A stretch of 63,942 bases of DNA, the filler included, from Craspedostauros australis (taxonomy: Eukaryota), in NCBI GenBank assembly GCA_030167865.1. It is 11 parts of 11 records of this genome, joined end to end, with 100 filler letters (N's around TTAATTAATTAA, not from the genome) between each part and the next. Parts side by side here need not be neighbours in the genome. Positions count along the whole stretch, not along the records: positions 17,372 to 38,169 come from JALAGF010002783.1; 10 more parts are not named here. One strand, 5' to 3'. Under the pieces are notes generated by a model. It made no database searches. It was not told where the DNA came from and saw only the letters and a program-made list of their open reading frames with translations. Positions 21,637-32,269 of the stretch are shown here, one piece after another. The translations under genes and the position numbers were made by a program. The number at the start of each line of letters is the position of its first letter. Position 1 is the stretch's first letter.

Positions 21637-23865
21637 TCAGAATAGCACTGTAGGTACAGGGTCCATCTTCTCTCGAACCGCCGTCCATCCAGCCCTCGGA
21701 GGAAAGACGACGCAATGGTTGCTCACGGCCGCCGAATACAAATCGATGTTCCTACCGCTGCCTGCATGGCCATCCCTTGGTATGACCGACATGAACCACC
21801 GTCTCGTTCGGTTGCCGTCCGCAGCAGCCAGGCCACCCCGAAGGTCCGGGTAGGCCCAACCCGCACCAAAGTTGCGTGAAGTGCTGTTGTTGCCAGTTGC
21901 CGTGACCGTGTTCGAGGAGATTCCAGGAAGGCTGTCATCATCTCCGCGCTGGACTTTCCCCACGAAGCATTGGAAGATGCAAATCACCCCACCATGGTCC
22001 ATGCTCTCATCGGATCTTGGTGGCAAAATGGATGTGTACATCGGGACGCCCTGGTACAATCCATCCCTAAGATACACGCTGTTCACCTGAGACCAACCCG
22101 CATTCTGGACCAAACATCGCGGCGGTGGTTCGAACTTGGATTCCACCTGGTGCTTGTAAATGGTGGTCGTCGCGTTGGCTTTGCTGGACACGGACGCGGT
22201 CTTGGAGATGCATCGCAGCACCTCGATGTTTGCGTCGTTCGTGGAATAGAACAGCACTTCGAGGAGAACATGGGATGGGATCGTGTTCATGGCGTGCGCA
22301 AACGAAGCGCAGGACTGTCCGGACTTACGCAACGTCTTCCATTCGCTGTTGATGGCTTGGATGCAACGTCGCTGAAGGCAGGTGATGGGGGGAGCTGGAT
22401 AGGGTTGGCCGGGATTGTTCATGCCGCTGCTGCTTCCATCGTCGTCCATGTTCCTCAGCGCAGCGTCGAGGCTAAGCAAGTAGACCGCCGATGACGGCTC
22501 GAGGTACGGCAAAAGACTGACGTGCGTCAACCGATCAAAGATTTCTCGATTCCACGTCTCGGTATCTGTGTGCAGCTCAGTGCATTCAGCTCCATCGTGG
22601 GCGCTGGACGATTCATGAAGATTGGTTGGAGATGGCGCCGATGAAGCACTGTTTTGCGGAATGGCGATGTCCGATGTCTTCGCATCAGTTTGTTGATGAG
22701 GGAAATTGAGAGTTGCGTCAAGAACACCTTCGGACATCGACTTCACCAAGCGCCGGTGCTGCTCTCTCCCACATGCCGCAACAAGTTGGCTGGTATGCCA
22801 GCTAAATGTCCGCCGAAGTGGCCGCATCGAATCCTTCCGAACTGGAACGTCAGCAGCTGCACTTTCTTCGGTGAGATTGGGCAACTCTTCAGCGCCACGA
22901 CTTTCGGACCCATTCGTATCATATCTGTCATGGTGATCATGATCATCATCGTCCGCGATCCTGTTGGTCAGACCCACGTTAATCTGCAGCATCTTCCACA
23001 GAATGTGTGGATGCATGTGCTTGGCCGTCGACGGCTGCAGCTGCAGCAGATAATGCACGCAGGTATCCATGGCGACTTGCAAGAGCGGGATGGCCCGATG
23101 ATGATACGCGCAATCCAGGAACTGTGAGATCCTGGCCATGCTGACGTGCTTCTTGTAGTACGAATGCACCATCTGCCGCAACCTCGGTATGTCGAGGTAC
23201 TGCGCGAGGCTGTACAACGCCGTGGCAGTGTGCGGCGTGAGGGTGCAAGGGAATGGATTTTCGGTGGAGTAGACAAAGTCAAGGAGCGTCGGAAAGACGT
23301 CGGCGCAGTCCGATTCCAGCGCGATGCGCGACGTCTGCGATTGATTCTCTTGCATCGAGAGCTGGAATTGCGCGGCGAAGTACTCGGAATGTCTGGGACC
23401 AACTGCGAGGACGCTGCGATGGACGTGATACGTATCGATGGAACAGATAGCCTCGCGATTGCTGTGATGATTGATGTCAGTCTCCTCTTGCTGTTGATTT
23501 CCATTGCCGTCGTCCGCCGTATTGCTGCCAGCAACAGCGGTGACCGTCGTCGTTGTTGTTGCTGTCGCTGACACTGTTGTCTGATCGTGGCTCTGCCGAA
23601 CGACTTGGATGGTCCAATCACTGTAGCTTTCTGGAGGCAGCATTCTCCATGACAGTCTGTCAAAGCTCCCGATTCCAGGTTGCGTTTGCTGGACTTGCCC
23701 CTTGTCTCGAACTTCCTCTGACGACCGAGACTGCGGGTCGGAACTCGCGCTGTCACTGGCAGCAGCTGGCGGAGGATCAGCGCCTGGTCTGGCTGGGCCA
23801 TGGGAGGAAGCAGACGGCGATACGGCAGACCCCATCATGGATGGCGCAGATCCGAAGAGAGACAT
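21637..23865 (-). CDS. BTB/POZ-domain protein (diatom-type)
   Basis: LSWRMLPPESYSDWTIQV, YHVHRSVLAVGPRHSEYFAAQF, FPTLLDFVY, ATALYSLAQYLDIPRL; 742-aa ORF. Confidence 0.85.
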   Translation of the reverse strand: MSLFGSAPSMMGSAVSPSASSHGPARPGADPPPAAASDSASSDPQSRSSEEVRDKGQVQQTQPGIGSFDRLSWRMLPPESYSDWTIQVVRQSHDQTTVSATATTTTTVTAVAGSNTADDGNGNQQQEETDINHHSNREAICSIDTYHVHRSVLAVGPRHSEYFAAQFQLSMQENQSQTSRIALESDCADVFPTLLDFVYSTENPFPCTLTPHTATALYSLAQYLDIPRLRQMVHSYYKKHVSMARISQFLDCAYHHRAIPLLQVAMDTCVHYLLQLQPSTAKHMHPHILWKMLQINVGLTNRIADDDDHDHHDRYDTNGSESRGAEELPNLTEESAAADVPVRKDSMRPLRRTFSWHTSQLVAACGREQHRRLVKSMSEGVLDATLNFPHQQTDAKTSDIAIPQNSASSAPSPTNLHESSSAHDGAECTELHTDTETWNREIFDRLTHVSLLPYLEPSSAVYLLSLDAALRNMDDDGSSSGMNNPGQPYPAPPITCLQRRCIQAINSEWKTLRKSGQSCASFAHAMNTIPSHVLLEVLFYSTNDANIEVLRCISKTASVSSKANATTTIYKHQVESKFEPPPRCLVQNAGWSQVNSVYLRDGLYQGVPMYTSILPPRSDESMDHGGVICIFQCFVGKVQRGDDDSLPGISSNTVTATGNNSTSRNFGAGWAYPDLRGGLAAADGNRTRRWFMSVIPRDGHAGSGRNIDLYSAAVSNHCVVFPPRAGWTAVREKMDPVPTVLF

Positions 23866-24408
23866 TCTATAGCAGCAAGGAAAGGGAGAGAGTGATCAAG
23901 ACGCAGATGAACTATGGAGATCAACGACCATTGGAGGCAGCGAGTGTTTGAATGGAGTGGATCCCCTCAGTCTATTGAAACGTCGAACGCCAAAGACCTT
24001 TCTCTCTCTCTCTCTCTTGCTGGCGACTATAATATGTAGTGAATAATGGATGGACGCCTCAGAGAGAAGAACTAGGCGCTTTGGGATTTTGTGGAGAAAG
24101 AAGAAATTTGAAACTTCGTTTGTTCTTGTTTTCTTGGTGGCAATCATTCTCGTTTGGTTCCTCTTTTTGAAGTTGATGGCCTCGAATCATCACGACAAGC
24201 ACGGCTCGCGACTGCACGCTACAAGTCATGGTATTTCTCGGAAATTCTATTCTCAATTCAATAGTCATACTCATATTAGAATACTGCTTACGAGCCGGCA
24301 CTTCGTCATCCAAGCGTACGTAATACACCAGTCATAGAGAAGGAAGCCAAAAGAAACAACCATTCCGGCGTACGTAGATAGATGGAGATGGATGCCGAGA
24401 CAAGTCGA

Positions 24409-25497
24409 TTAACGTATCCTATTCGCGCTAGTGCTAGTGCTGGTGCTAGTACTCGAAGTGGTGTCACGGCCACAGCAATGATCCCCGATCTCCACAGGAT
24501 ACGGCTTGTGAAATGGTACCTCGTCGATGTAGTAATCGACGCAGTATTTCTGACGAGGCAGAAACTCGGGTTTCTTTTGGATTCCATCCTGCGACGCCTG
24601 GAACATGGCTTGCAAGGTCGGAACCGACTCAAGGATTGCTCTGTCTTCGTCGCTGATCAGCAGGTGCACCATCTCGCGGATGGAAGCCGACAGGAACGGG
24701 CGCAGCGCTCTGTAGATCTGTCGCATCATGAACGGCGCCTCCCAGATCACCAGCATTGCGAGCCGATCCGGATACAGGGTCTGCAGCGAGCGAATTGCAG
24801 TCAGCTGCCACGACAAGGGCGGGGACTGCGAACTGCCACCCGAATAGTCCAGAATAGCAATCACTTTGTCTTGCTGCTTTGAATGTCGCGCAGCGTACTC
24901 TATCGCCGCGATGGCGCGTTCCATGGCGTAGTACTGCGTGCGCAAATACGATTCGCGATTGGTTTCGCGTGATGGATCCGAACGCGGGAACTTGAAGACT
25001 ATGACGGGGCGGTCATCATCGGGTTGCGTGTTCACGATCAGTTGCTTCGATAAATCATCGCCAACGTCCGCTCTCCATTCAGCGCAATGGGATTCTGCCT
25101 CAAAGTCTGCGCCATCAAAGCAGGACCGTGCGGATGCAATGTCCAGGCGTGCACGCACTTCCACAACATTGGAAATTTGTGCAACGATCTCATCCTCGAT
25201 TTTTGTTGTTGTTGTTGCTGCTGCTGCTGCTGTTGTCATGGAAGCGTCGGGATCGTATGCAACCACATGCCGTTGAATTTCTTTCATTGCAGCGTGCTGC
25301 CGTCCAATCTGTCTATTCGTGTTGGCTCCATGATAGTCATGGTGTTTGGATGAATGGAACAGATACCAGTACGCGTACGATATCTGAGCTACTTGCTCTC
25401 GTTGTTCCTCCGTCAATCGATTCACCACGTTCTTGTTTTTATAGAGCACAGTATTTTGGAGCGAGAGGAAGAATTGAAGATGAGCGAGGATGGTCAT
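24409..25497 (-). CDS. CRAL-TRIO (Sec14-like) lipid-binding protein
   Basis: RPVIVF, YAMERAI, KVIAILDYSG, LQTLYPDRLAMLVIWEAPFMMRQIYRALRPFL. Confidence 0.8.
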   Translation of the reverse strand: MTILAHLQFFLSLQNTVLYKNKNVVNRLTEEQREQVAQISYAYWYLFHSSKHHDYHGANTNRQIGRQHAAMKEIQRHVVAYDPDASMTTAAAAATTTTKIEDEIVAQISNVVEVRARLDIASARSCFDGADFEAESHCAEWRADVGDDLSKQLIVNTQPDDDRPVIVFKFPRSDPSRETNRESYLRTQYYAMERAIAAIEYAARHSKQQDKVIAILDYSGGSSQSPPLSWQLTAIRSLQTLYPDRLAMLVIWEAPFMMRQIYRALRPFLSASIREMVHLLISDEDRAILESVPTLQAMFQASQDGIQKKPEFLPRQKYCVDYYIDEVPFHKPYPVEIGDHCCGRDTTSSTSTSTSTSANRIR

Positions 25498-26580
25498 TCA
25501 AAGAGCAACATGCAGGCGAGATGTGCAGAGGAGCGAAGATGTTCCTTCGTCGCTTCATCATGATCATACTCGCAGAAATGGCAGAGGAATGACAAGTCCA
25601 CTGTTCCTTCCTCCTGTCAGGAATAGAGAAACACAACACACTGGATACATCAGCAATACTATACGTACTTGGCACAGGGTTCGTTCGGAGGCTGACCGAA
25701 AGGTCGTTTCTTTCAAGACGATGGATTCAAAGTCGGCCAGCGCCTCGACCTGACGATCATTGTGAAGATCACCGATGTTGCTGCTGCCGCCGTCGCTGCT
25801 TCTGCATGGTTCTTGCGCTGGATGAAGAGCGCAGGATGGCCCCTGATTTTCGACTGCGTCAAAAGACGTTTCATTGCCGATGCCCTGCGCTGTGATGAGG
25901 CACCCCAAAAGGAATTGCACGCCAATGCATGCAACTCGAGTGTGCATTCCTGTCTTCATGAGTGGTTTGCCTCTCTTTCGTCGTCGTGTTCGCCTTGATC
26001 CCTGTATCTCGCGTTGTGTTATCTGCACAGCTTGGCTCTTCTGTGCTTTGACTTGTCGCTTTGTTCCATGTTGTGAGCGTCACAGACAAAGAATGCCTGG
26101 TGATGGATGGAACGGAGGGCTGTTGTGGCCTTGGTGGTGTCGTCGGCATGAACAGGGATTGGTTTGATTGCACGAAACATAACGGCTTCCAACGGCTACT
26201 CGACCATTCGCGCCATCTTGACAGTCTTTGGAACCTCGGCGTACGATTAGACCATCTCGACGCGAAGAGCGGACCTATCACGCGATGAGCAAAGGACAGC
26301 AAGGTTCGAAGGTGACGGCGATCCAAACAGTAATGTTGCAACGGCAACAAGTTCTTCGGAGTTGTTCCAACAGGTTGAAGAGATCTTGTTAAATGTGTTC
26401 AAGACCATGTTCATGACCTTGCTCATGCCCACACATGAACGGGTGATCGGCGTTATGCTGCATGTTCACAACCATCCATGTGATGATCTATCACATGCCG
26501 TATCATCGTATGATGCCGACGAATCAACCAGCAACCACCCCTCACTCTTATCTACACTGCACCACCACGCTGTACTCCGC

Positions 26581-27396
26581 TCAACTCTCCTGCGATCCGT
26601 TCTCTTCTTTGGCCAACACAAACGTCGTGCCTTTGTTGCCGCGACTGATCCGCACACGCTCACTCAGGTACGTGATGTCAATCCACCCCTTCACAGCATC
26701 GCGCAAGATGGGCAAGCGGAATGGCACGGGATACGGAATGGAGAATCGATCCCCGAAATCGAACTTGCCTTCGTCGAACACGAAATCGATGCGCGCATCC
26801 TGCGACGCCGCCTCGGCTTCCTCGCCGACCTGCGAGACGCCCAGCACGTTGAGTCCCAAAATCTTGCCGTCGCCCTTGCGAGCCGTCAGCTCCTCGAGCG
26901 GGTAGGCCGAGGTCGATGCCAGGGCGTCGACGCGCAATTCGAAATCGGAATTGAATTGGACGACCTGCGAGACGATGAGCTGGTTTTGGTCATTGAAGAT
27001 GATGTCCTGGTAGATTGGGAACTTGGATGAGTCGACTGCCTTGCGCTGAATGGGACTTGCCGTGTTGGCATTGTTGGTGTGCAGCAATCGCCAACGGCCG
27101 TAGATCTGGTCGGCGATGGCCGGTTGCGGAATGCTGGCACCCTCCTGCTGCTCCAGTTGGGCGACGAGTTCGTTGATGCGGTCGGAATTGGCCAACCGTC
27201 CATCGAGGTTGTCGATTGCCTGAAGCAGATCATCCTCGATCTGGATGGCCGCATTCCGCTGGTTCTTGGATCCGAAGCTTGCGCCTGTCTTCGCTGTTGC
27301 TGTTGGCTTTCCAAATGATGAGAAGAGATTCTGCAGAGCGTTGCTGCCGGATGGACCAGCGCACAAGAGCAGGCCGCTGATCAGAACGAGCTTCAT
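26581..27396 (-). CDS. Plastid lipid-associated protein / fibrillin with bipartite targeting presequence
   Basis: Signal peptide MKLVLISGLLLCAG..SNA-L, then INELVAQLE, IYGRWRLLHT, GWIDITYLSERVRISRGNKGTTFVL (PAP_fibrillin C-terminal motif). Confidence 0.9.
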   Translation of the reverse strand: MKLVLISGLLLCAGPSGSNALQNLFSSFGKPTATAKTGASFGSKNQRNAAIQIEDDLLQAIDNLDGRLANSDRINELVAQLEQQEGASIPQPAIADQIYGRWRLLHTNNANTASPIQRKAVDSSKFPIYQDIIFNDQNQLIVSQVVQFNSDFELRVDALASTSAYPLEELTARKGDGKILGLNVLGVSQVGEEAEAASQDARIDFVFDEGKFDFGDRFSIPYPVPFRLPILRDAVKGWIDITYLSERVRISRGNKGTTFVLAKEENGSQES

Positions 27397-27868
27397 CTTG
27401 GATGTGAGGTCGGTACAGAGTAGATTACTATGCTCTACAGTGATGGTGTCGTGGTTTGTGGTTTGTCTGTGACTGCGACTGCGACTGCATGCAGATGTTC
27501 GAAAGGCAAAGCAACTGCAACACTCCTGATGACGGTGACGATGATGATTCGATGCAATCGCTGAGCTTGTGTAATCACAAGAATGCAAATACGTTTGCGA
27601 GAAACACGGCATGTGCGTGCGTCAGAGACGACAAAGAAAGCACGTTAGGGTACATGAAATATGAACAATACCATTTTGTTCTCAAAATTTGGTTGTATTA
27701 ACCAACTAAATTGGAGATATTGATTTTACGTAGACCTAACTTCCCCAACCACGAAAACCAAAACACAAGTTCTCGACGCTCACAAAACACACACAAAACG
27801 AAATGACACACAAATCAACACAAATCAACACAAGTCCAACCAAATCAAATAATACTCAAGGCACAACC

Positions 27869-29998
27869 ATGTCAAGTGCATCCAACAACGACGACGATCA
27901 AGACCCATGGGCCGATCTCTTTGCCAAGGCAGCCGGAAATGACGAAGCTATCCATACGATCGCAGGCGACAACCCCAACCAGAGCAAAGATTCCGCTGAA
28001 CACAGCGAGCCTCCGCACAGGCAGGACAGAAAGCGCAAGGGACGGCGATCTGCTGACCAACGAAGGCAGCAGCCAGAGACCACAATCACAAAGCGCAACC
28101 GGCGCAACCATGGTGATGGTTCAAGCTCCCTGTATCAACAGATGCTGCAGAAGAGAATGTCCGTAACTCCCGAAAATTGTGCAGAATGGTTTCAGTTTGG
28201 GTACTCCTTCGTGGACGCAACATGCAATCAATCCTTCCAACCAAACCCAAACACAGACAGCGATACAGACAACGATGCAGACCACAGCGTCCACTCCGGA
28301 GTATGCTCAGTCTGCCAGCAACCGGCTATCTACCATTCCCTGCAACCACGAGGTCTCTCCACGAGATCAACCAGCAAGCAGCTCGTCCCAAACCCCTATC
28401 GCTCCGGATGGATCGCCGCTTTGTACTGCACTTTGCGCGACATTCGATGCATCGCCAAATGGTGTCTCGCTCATCAAAATTCGAGTCGGCGTCGGATCCT
28501 TTTGCATCTCAACATGTGCGTCAAGGGTTTGGAGTCCTTTTCGCCTAACGTTCACAGGCATATCCCGTCGGACGAACATGACATCATCGGCAGCAAGATC
28601 CACAAGCTCTTGCTGAAGGCCCAAGCACTGGAGCGCATGCTGCGAACGAAAGCCAAGAAGAAGAAAGGCACGCATCCGGACAACCGATGGCACCTGTTTG
28701 AACCCAATGTCTCCACCATCATAGCAGCAGATGCATTGTACTACCGGCTCTACTATATCCAAGTGTCGGATCGATCCCATTTCATGCAGCAGCAGCAGCA
28801 ACCAAAGCGTGGATTTCATCTCCCCCATCCTATCCAACACTTTGGTTCGGCGCTGACGATGGAGTTGAACGAGAATACCATCAAGAACGGTCTAGCATTC
28901 ATGAATGGCAGCGATGGCAACGATGCGATGGGCATCTCCTTTCTTCGTTGCATCCGAGATAATCTCAGTTTGTTGCATCAGCAACAACAAGAACACGCCG
29001 AGAAGTCATCGTCCATAGATGCCGATGCCAGCAAGTACGATCATCCGTTGGCCATGCTGCATCGACTTCGATATTTAGAAACCGTTGAGATCTTCGGAAC
29101 ATGGTGGATTTCGCACAAGAGCACCATCCAACAGTTCCAACAGTCCTCCACCAACGATCGACATGATACTCGCGCTCCGCAAATTCTCATGGATTGGCGA
29201 GATTCCTGTCGTGACTTTCTTTGCAATCTGTACTGCTATGCCACGTTATCACCGATCGCCGTTCGATCCTTGGTCTCCGCAATCCAGCAGCACAGCGCGG
29301 TATCGAACAAAATCGTGGAAATGGGAGCGGGCACCGGGTATTTTGCCAAGCTCCTGCGAGATCATGGTCTGGAGGTGGACGCATGGGATGTTTGTCCAAC
29401 CGAATCGGATACAACAGACACAAATCCCAACGGCGCCAAACAGAGGAACGAATATCATGGCGACACGCCGCCCTACGTCCTCGTACGGAAAGGCAGCTCT
29501 GGTACACCGCGCCACAGATCCAAAAAGAAAGCAAAGCATCAACGCATGGATGATGCCATCCCGAGGAATGCGACGCTCTTGCTGTGCTATCCGCCACCGC
29601 AATCCTCCATGGCCTACGATTGCTTGAAACAATATGCTCCATCCACAGTCATCCATGTTGGCGAATTCGGTGGATTGACGGGCGATGCTGCATTCGAACA
29701 ACTCCTGCTGCAGGACTATGTATGCCACCCACAACGCTGGCCGTGTCTTGCCTGGGGCACGGACGCATCACATGTCACGATATGGACGCGACAGAGCGCG
29801 ACATCCCTCTTGCTGCCATGCGTCAACTGCGGCAATCGCGAATCCACAAAGCGATGTCGATTTGCGCGACATGCCACGTACTGTAGCGCCTCCTGCGTGG
29901 CAGCGCACACGTCTCAACTGGAGCAAATCTTGCGGATCTTCATGGTGACGAATCAGGTGCTCGATTTCCACAATCTTAATCATTTCGTGGAGATTTGA
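27869..29998 (+). CDS. SAM-dependent methyltransferase-like protein with C-terminal MYND-like zinc finger
   Basis: Motif I KIVEMGAGTGYFAKLL, LLLCYPP, VIHVGE. C-terminal CVNC...C..YCSASC...H. Confidence 0.75.
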   Translation: MSSASNNDDDQDPWADLFAKAAGNDEAIHTIAGDNPNQSKDSAEHSEPPHRQDRKRKGRRSADQRRQQPETTITKRNRRNHGDGSSSLYQQMLQKRMSVTPENCAEWFQFGYSFVDATCNQSFQPNPNTDSDTDNDADHSVHSGVCSVCQQPAIYHSLQPRGLSTRSTSKQLVPNPYRSGWIAALYCTLRDIRCIAKWCLAHQNSSRRRILLHLNMCVKGLESFSPNVHRHIPSDEHDIIGSKIHKLLLKAQALERMLRTKAKKKKGTHPDNRWHLFEPNVSTIIAADALYYRLYYIQVSDRSHFMQQQQQPKRGFHLPHPIQHFGSALTMELNENTIKNGLAFMNGSDGNDAMGISFLRCIRDNLSLLHQQQQEHAEKSSSIDADASKYDHPLAMLHRLRYLETVEIFGTWWISHKSTIQQFQQSSTNDRHDTRAPQILMDWRDSCRDFLCNLYCYATLSPIAVRSLVSAIQQHSAVSNKIVEMGAGTGYFAKLLRDHGLEVDAWDVCPTESDTTDTNPNGAKQRNEYHGDTPPYVLVRKGSSGTPRHRSKKKAKHQRMDDAIPRNATLLLCYPPPQSSMAYDCLKQYAPSTVIHVGEFGGLTGDAAFEQLLLQDYVCHPQRWPCLAWGTDASHVTIWTRQSATSLLLPCVNCGNRESTKRCRFARHATYCSASCVAAHTSQLEQILRIFMVTNQVLDFHNLNHFVEI

Positions 29999-30084
29999 AT
30001 TGAATGGCACTATTCTGTATGGCAGCACTTCTACTTATACTCCAGGTGTTCGAGTAGAATCATCACCATTTGCCCTTCTCGACT

Positions 30085-32016
30085 CTAACTACCTCTGAAA
30101 CTCGCGAACAGGTCCCCCCTCAATTGACCCACCTTGCATTCCTCGTAGATCGCTTGCAAGGTACTGTTCGGATGCATCCATCGCCGCAGCCCCAGCTCGT
30201 TCATGGCACGGTACAGCAGATACCACCAGTACTCATCGGTGGAGTCGAGCACGTCGCGCGGTTGCAGGTCGGTGATGTTCCAATGATCCCAAGCCAGAAG
30301 GAGCTTCGAAGGGGGAAGGTTCCAAAACTTGGAAAGTCCGACAGCGTGATGGAAGTCCTGATAGAATGGCAGCCGCGCCGCTCGTGGATTCACATTGGCG
30401 GACCATTTGGAATTCGTCCGTCGCGTTGGTATCGTATTGGGCACGATGGTCCGGTGCAGATCCTTGCTCCAGACCTCAACCTGCTCACCAACAATGATAG
30501 ACAGCGTCACCGTTCGCTGGACGTACTTTGCCCAATACAGCAGCAGACCCTGGTCAGAGTTGGCGCAATAAAAGTCCCAACCCGACCCTCGCGTCCCGTC
30601 CCACAGCATGTAATCGTTGGTGGTGGAATTGAATTGGGTGTGTGGAATACCTACATCAGCAGGACCGGGCATCCATCCTGCGCTCGTGGTGAAGGAGTAG
30701 GTTGTGGCAATGTGATGCAGTTCATCGTACGAACGTAGCGACGGCGTGATCACGAACAACCCTGCGTTGACCGGGTCGCCGTACATGGCGTGCAAGAGGA
30801 TGGAGTCGGCAGGATTGTCGCTTGTGCGCGTGGGTCCGCCTTGGGGGCCGTTGCCGAATGACAGCTGGAAGAGATAGTCCAGATTGCGGAGCGGTAGGAT
30901 ATCGGCATCCAGAAAGATGATCCGATCGTACTGCGTCAATCGAAATGCATGCATCTTGGCCAGAATAGCCGCGTAGAACGAATGGGACGTGGCTGCTGCT
31001 GTTGCCACAGACGATGACGACGATGGCAACGCAATTGATGATGAAGAAGACGTAGACGCCATGTGGTTTCCCGCAATCATTTCATCGGATGGCAAGTACA
31101 CGATGTGAATTCCAAGCCTTTTCAGTATCATTTCATCATCCGTCGCGAGTCTGCGCTGAAGGTGCTGCGAGCCGGAAGCACGCGCTGATGCCGCCGAAGA
31201 TGGATCCATCTGCACCAGCACCACAATATCTGCATTCGAAGTGTGTCGGACTGATGACGATTGCGATGGCGATGGCGGCGGTTGGCTGACCGTCCTTGAT
31301 GCATTGTGCTGCGTCGAGAGAGGGTCATAGTGCTTCAATTGATACGCTGCTGCCACGATACCGAAGAACATCGGCCGGCAGTTTGGCACACTGATCGGTC
31401 GTGATGATGGTCGCGCCGTTGTGGTGGATCCAGCGTTGTTGTCTGGCTCTCCGTCTGAAATGTGACAGTTCGTGAGGAGGAACACGTAAGCATTGCGGCT
31501 GGATGGCATCGATACGTGCAGCGGCTGGGTGGTGGTCGTCATTGATCGAAGCGAAGTCTTCGTGACATCTACTCGTGCCCCACCCACGATGCCGTCGCTC
31601 CTGTTCCATGGAAGAAAGAGCATGAAGAAGGTGGTGGAATGAATCATCGAGGCCAAAGCAATGGAAGCAAGGATCGCAACAGCAAGCTTGAATGCCCATC
31701 TTCTCATCGGCAGGATGGAGTGCGCGGCTCTCTTGCGGACTGGAGCCATGGCTCCTCTCGCTGGTGCATTGTTATGTCTAGCTTCCGCTCGTGAGACTAA
31801 ATCATCTTGCTGTGCCTGCGTTCGTCTTTTAAGAACAACTTTTCCTCTCGCAGCCGCGTTTATCATCGCATCGTTACTGGACGACTCTTCTATGCGTTGC
31901 CTTTTGAAATGGCATTGCGGTTCGGTGACTGTGCTGTTCCTGTTGTTGGTGCTTTCGTTGTTGACACCAACACGAAGTGGTGGATGTTCCCATTCGTCCC
32001 GTGTCGATCTCCGCAT
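30085..32016 (-). CDS. Glycosyltransferase family 8 (glycogenin-like), type II membrane protein; start uncertain
   Basis: TM segment LAVAILASIALASMI, NAYVFLL, AKMHAFRLTQYDRIIFLDADILPLRNLDYLF (DxD), NAGLFVITPS, SDQGLL. Confidence 0.85.
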   Translation of the reverse strand: MRRSTRDEWEHPPLRVGVNNESTNNRNSTVTEPQCHFKRQRIEESSSNDAMINAAARGKVVLKRRTQAQQDDLVSRAEARHNNAPARGAMAPVRKRAAHSILPMRRWAFKLAVAILASIALASMIHSTTFFMLFLPWNRSDGIVGGARVDVTKTSLRSMTTTTQPLHVSMPSSRNAYVFLLTNCHISDGEPDNNAGSTTTARPSSRPISVPNCRPMFFGIVAAAYQLKHYDPLSTQHNASRTVSQPPPSPSQSSSVRHTSNADIVVLVQMDPSSAASARASGSQHLQRRLATDDEMILKRLGIHIVYLPSDEMIAGNHMASTSSSSSIALPSSSSSVATAAATSHSFYAAILAKMHAFRLTQYDRIIFLDADILPLRNLDYLFQLSFGNGPQGGPTRTSDNPADSILLHAMYGDPVNAGLFVITPSLRSYDELHHIATTYSFTTSAGWMPGPADVGIPHTQFNSTTNDYMLWDGTRGSGWDFYCANSDQGLLLYWAKYVQRTVTLSIIVGEQVEVWSKDLHRTIVPNTIPTRRTNSKWSANVNPRAARLPFYQDFHHAVGLSKFWNLPPSKLLLAWDHWNITDLQPRDVLDSTDEYWWYLLYRAMNELGLRRWMHPNSTLQAIYEECKVGQLRGDLFASFRGS

Positions 32017-32269
32017 CCATTCGAGTTTGTGTTGCTTTCAATTGGCGCCAAAATAACGGAATTTAACGCTCCGCTCATTTTGGTCACAATGTGACACTGG
32101 CGCCTGTTGGTGGGTCATGGCAGACAACTTCGATGCTGCGAATAGATGCCAATAGAGTAGTAGTAAACGATGAAGATTATTACAGTACGAGTATGCTTCC
32201 CACTCAGTCTTACCAACTCTATCATTCCACACCTCCTTGGTGTCTTGCTTCATTTCATTTCACTTCACT

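Noticed and set aside
19145..27396. Lipid-related gene cluster (ML-like, CRAL-TRIO, fibrillin; GPD1 and lipase elsewhere)
   Set aside because: Different compartments, unrelated genes interspersed, and GPD1/lipase are on another contig. Chance is sufficient.
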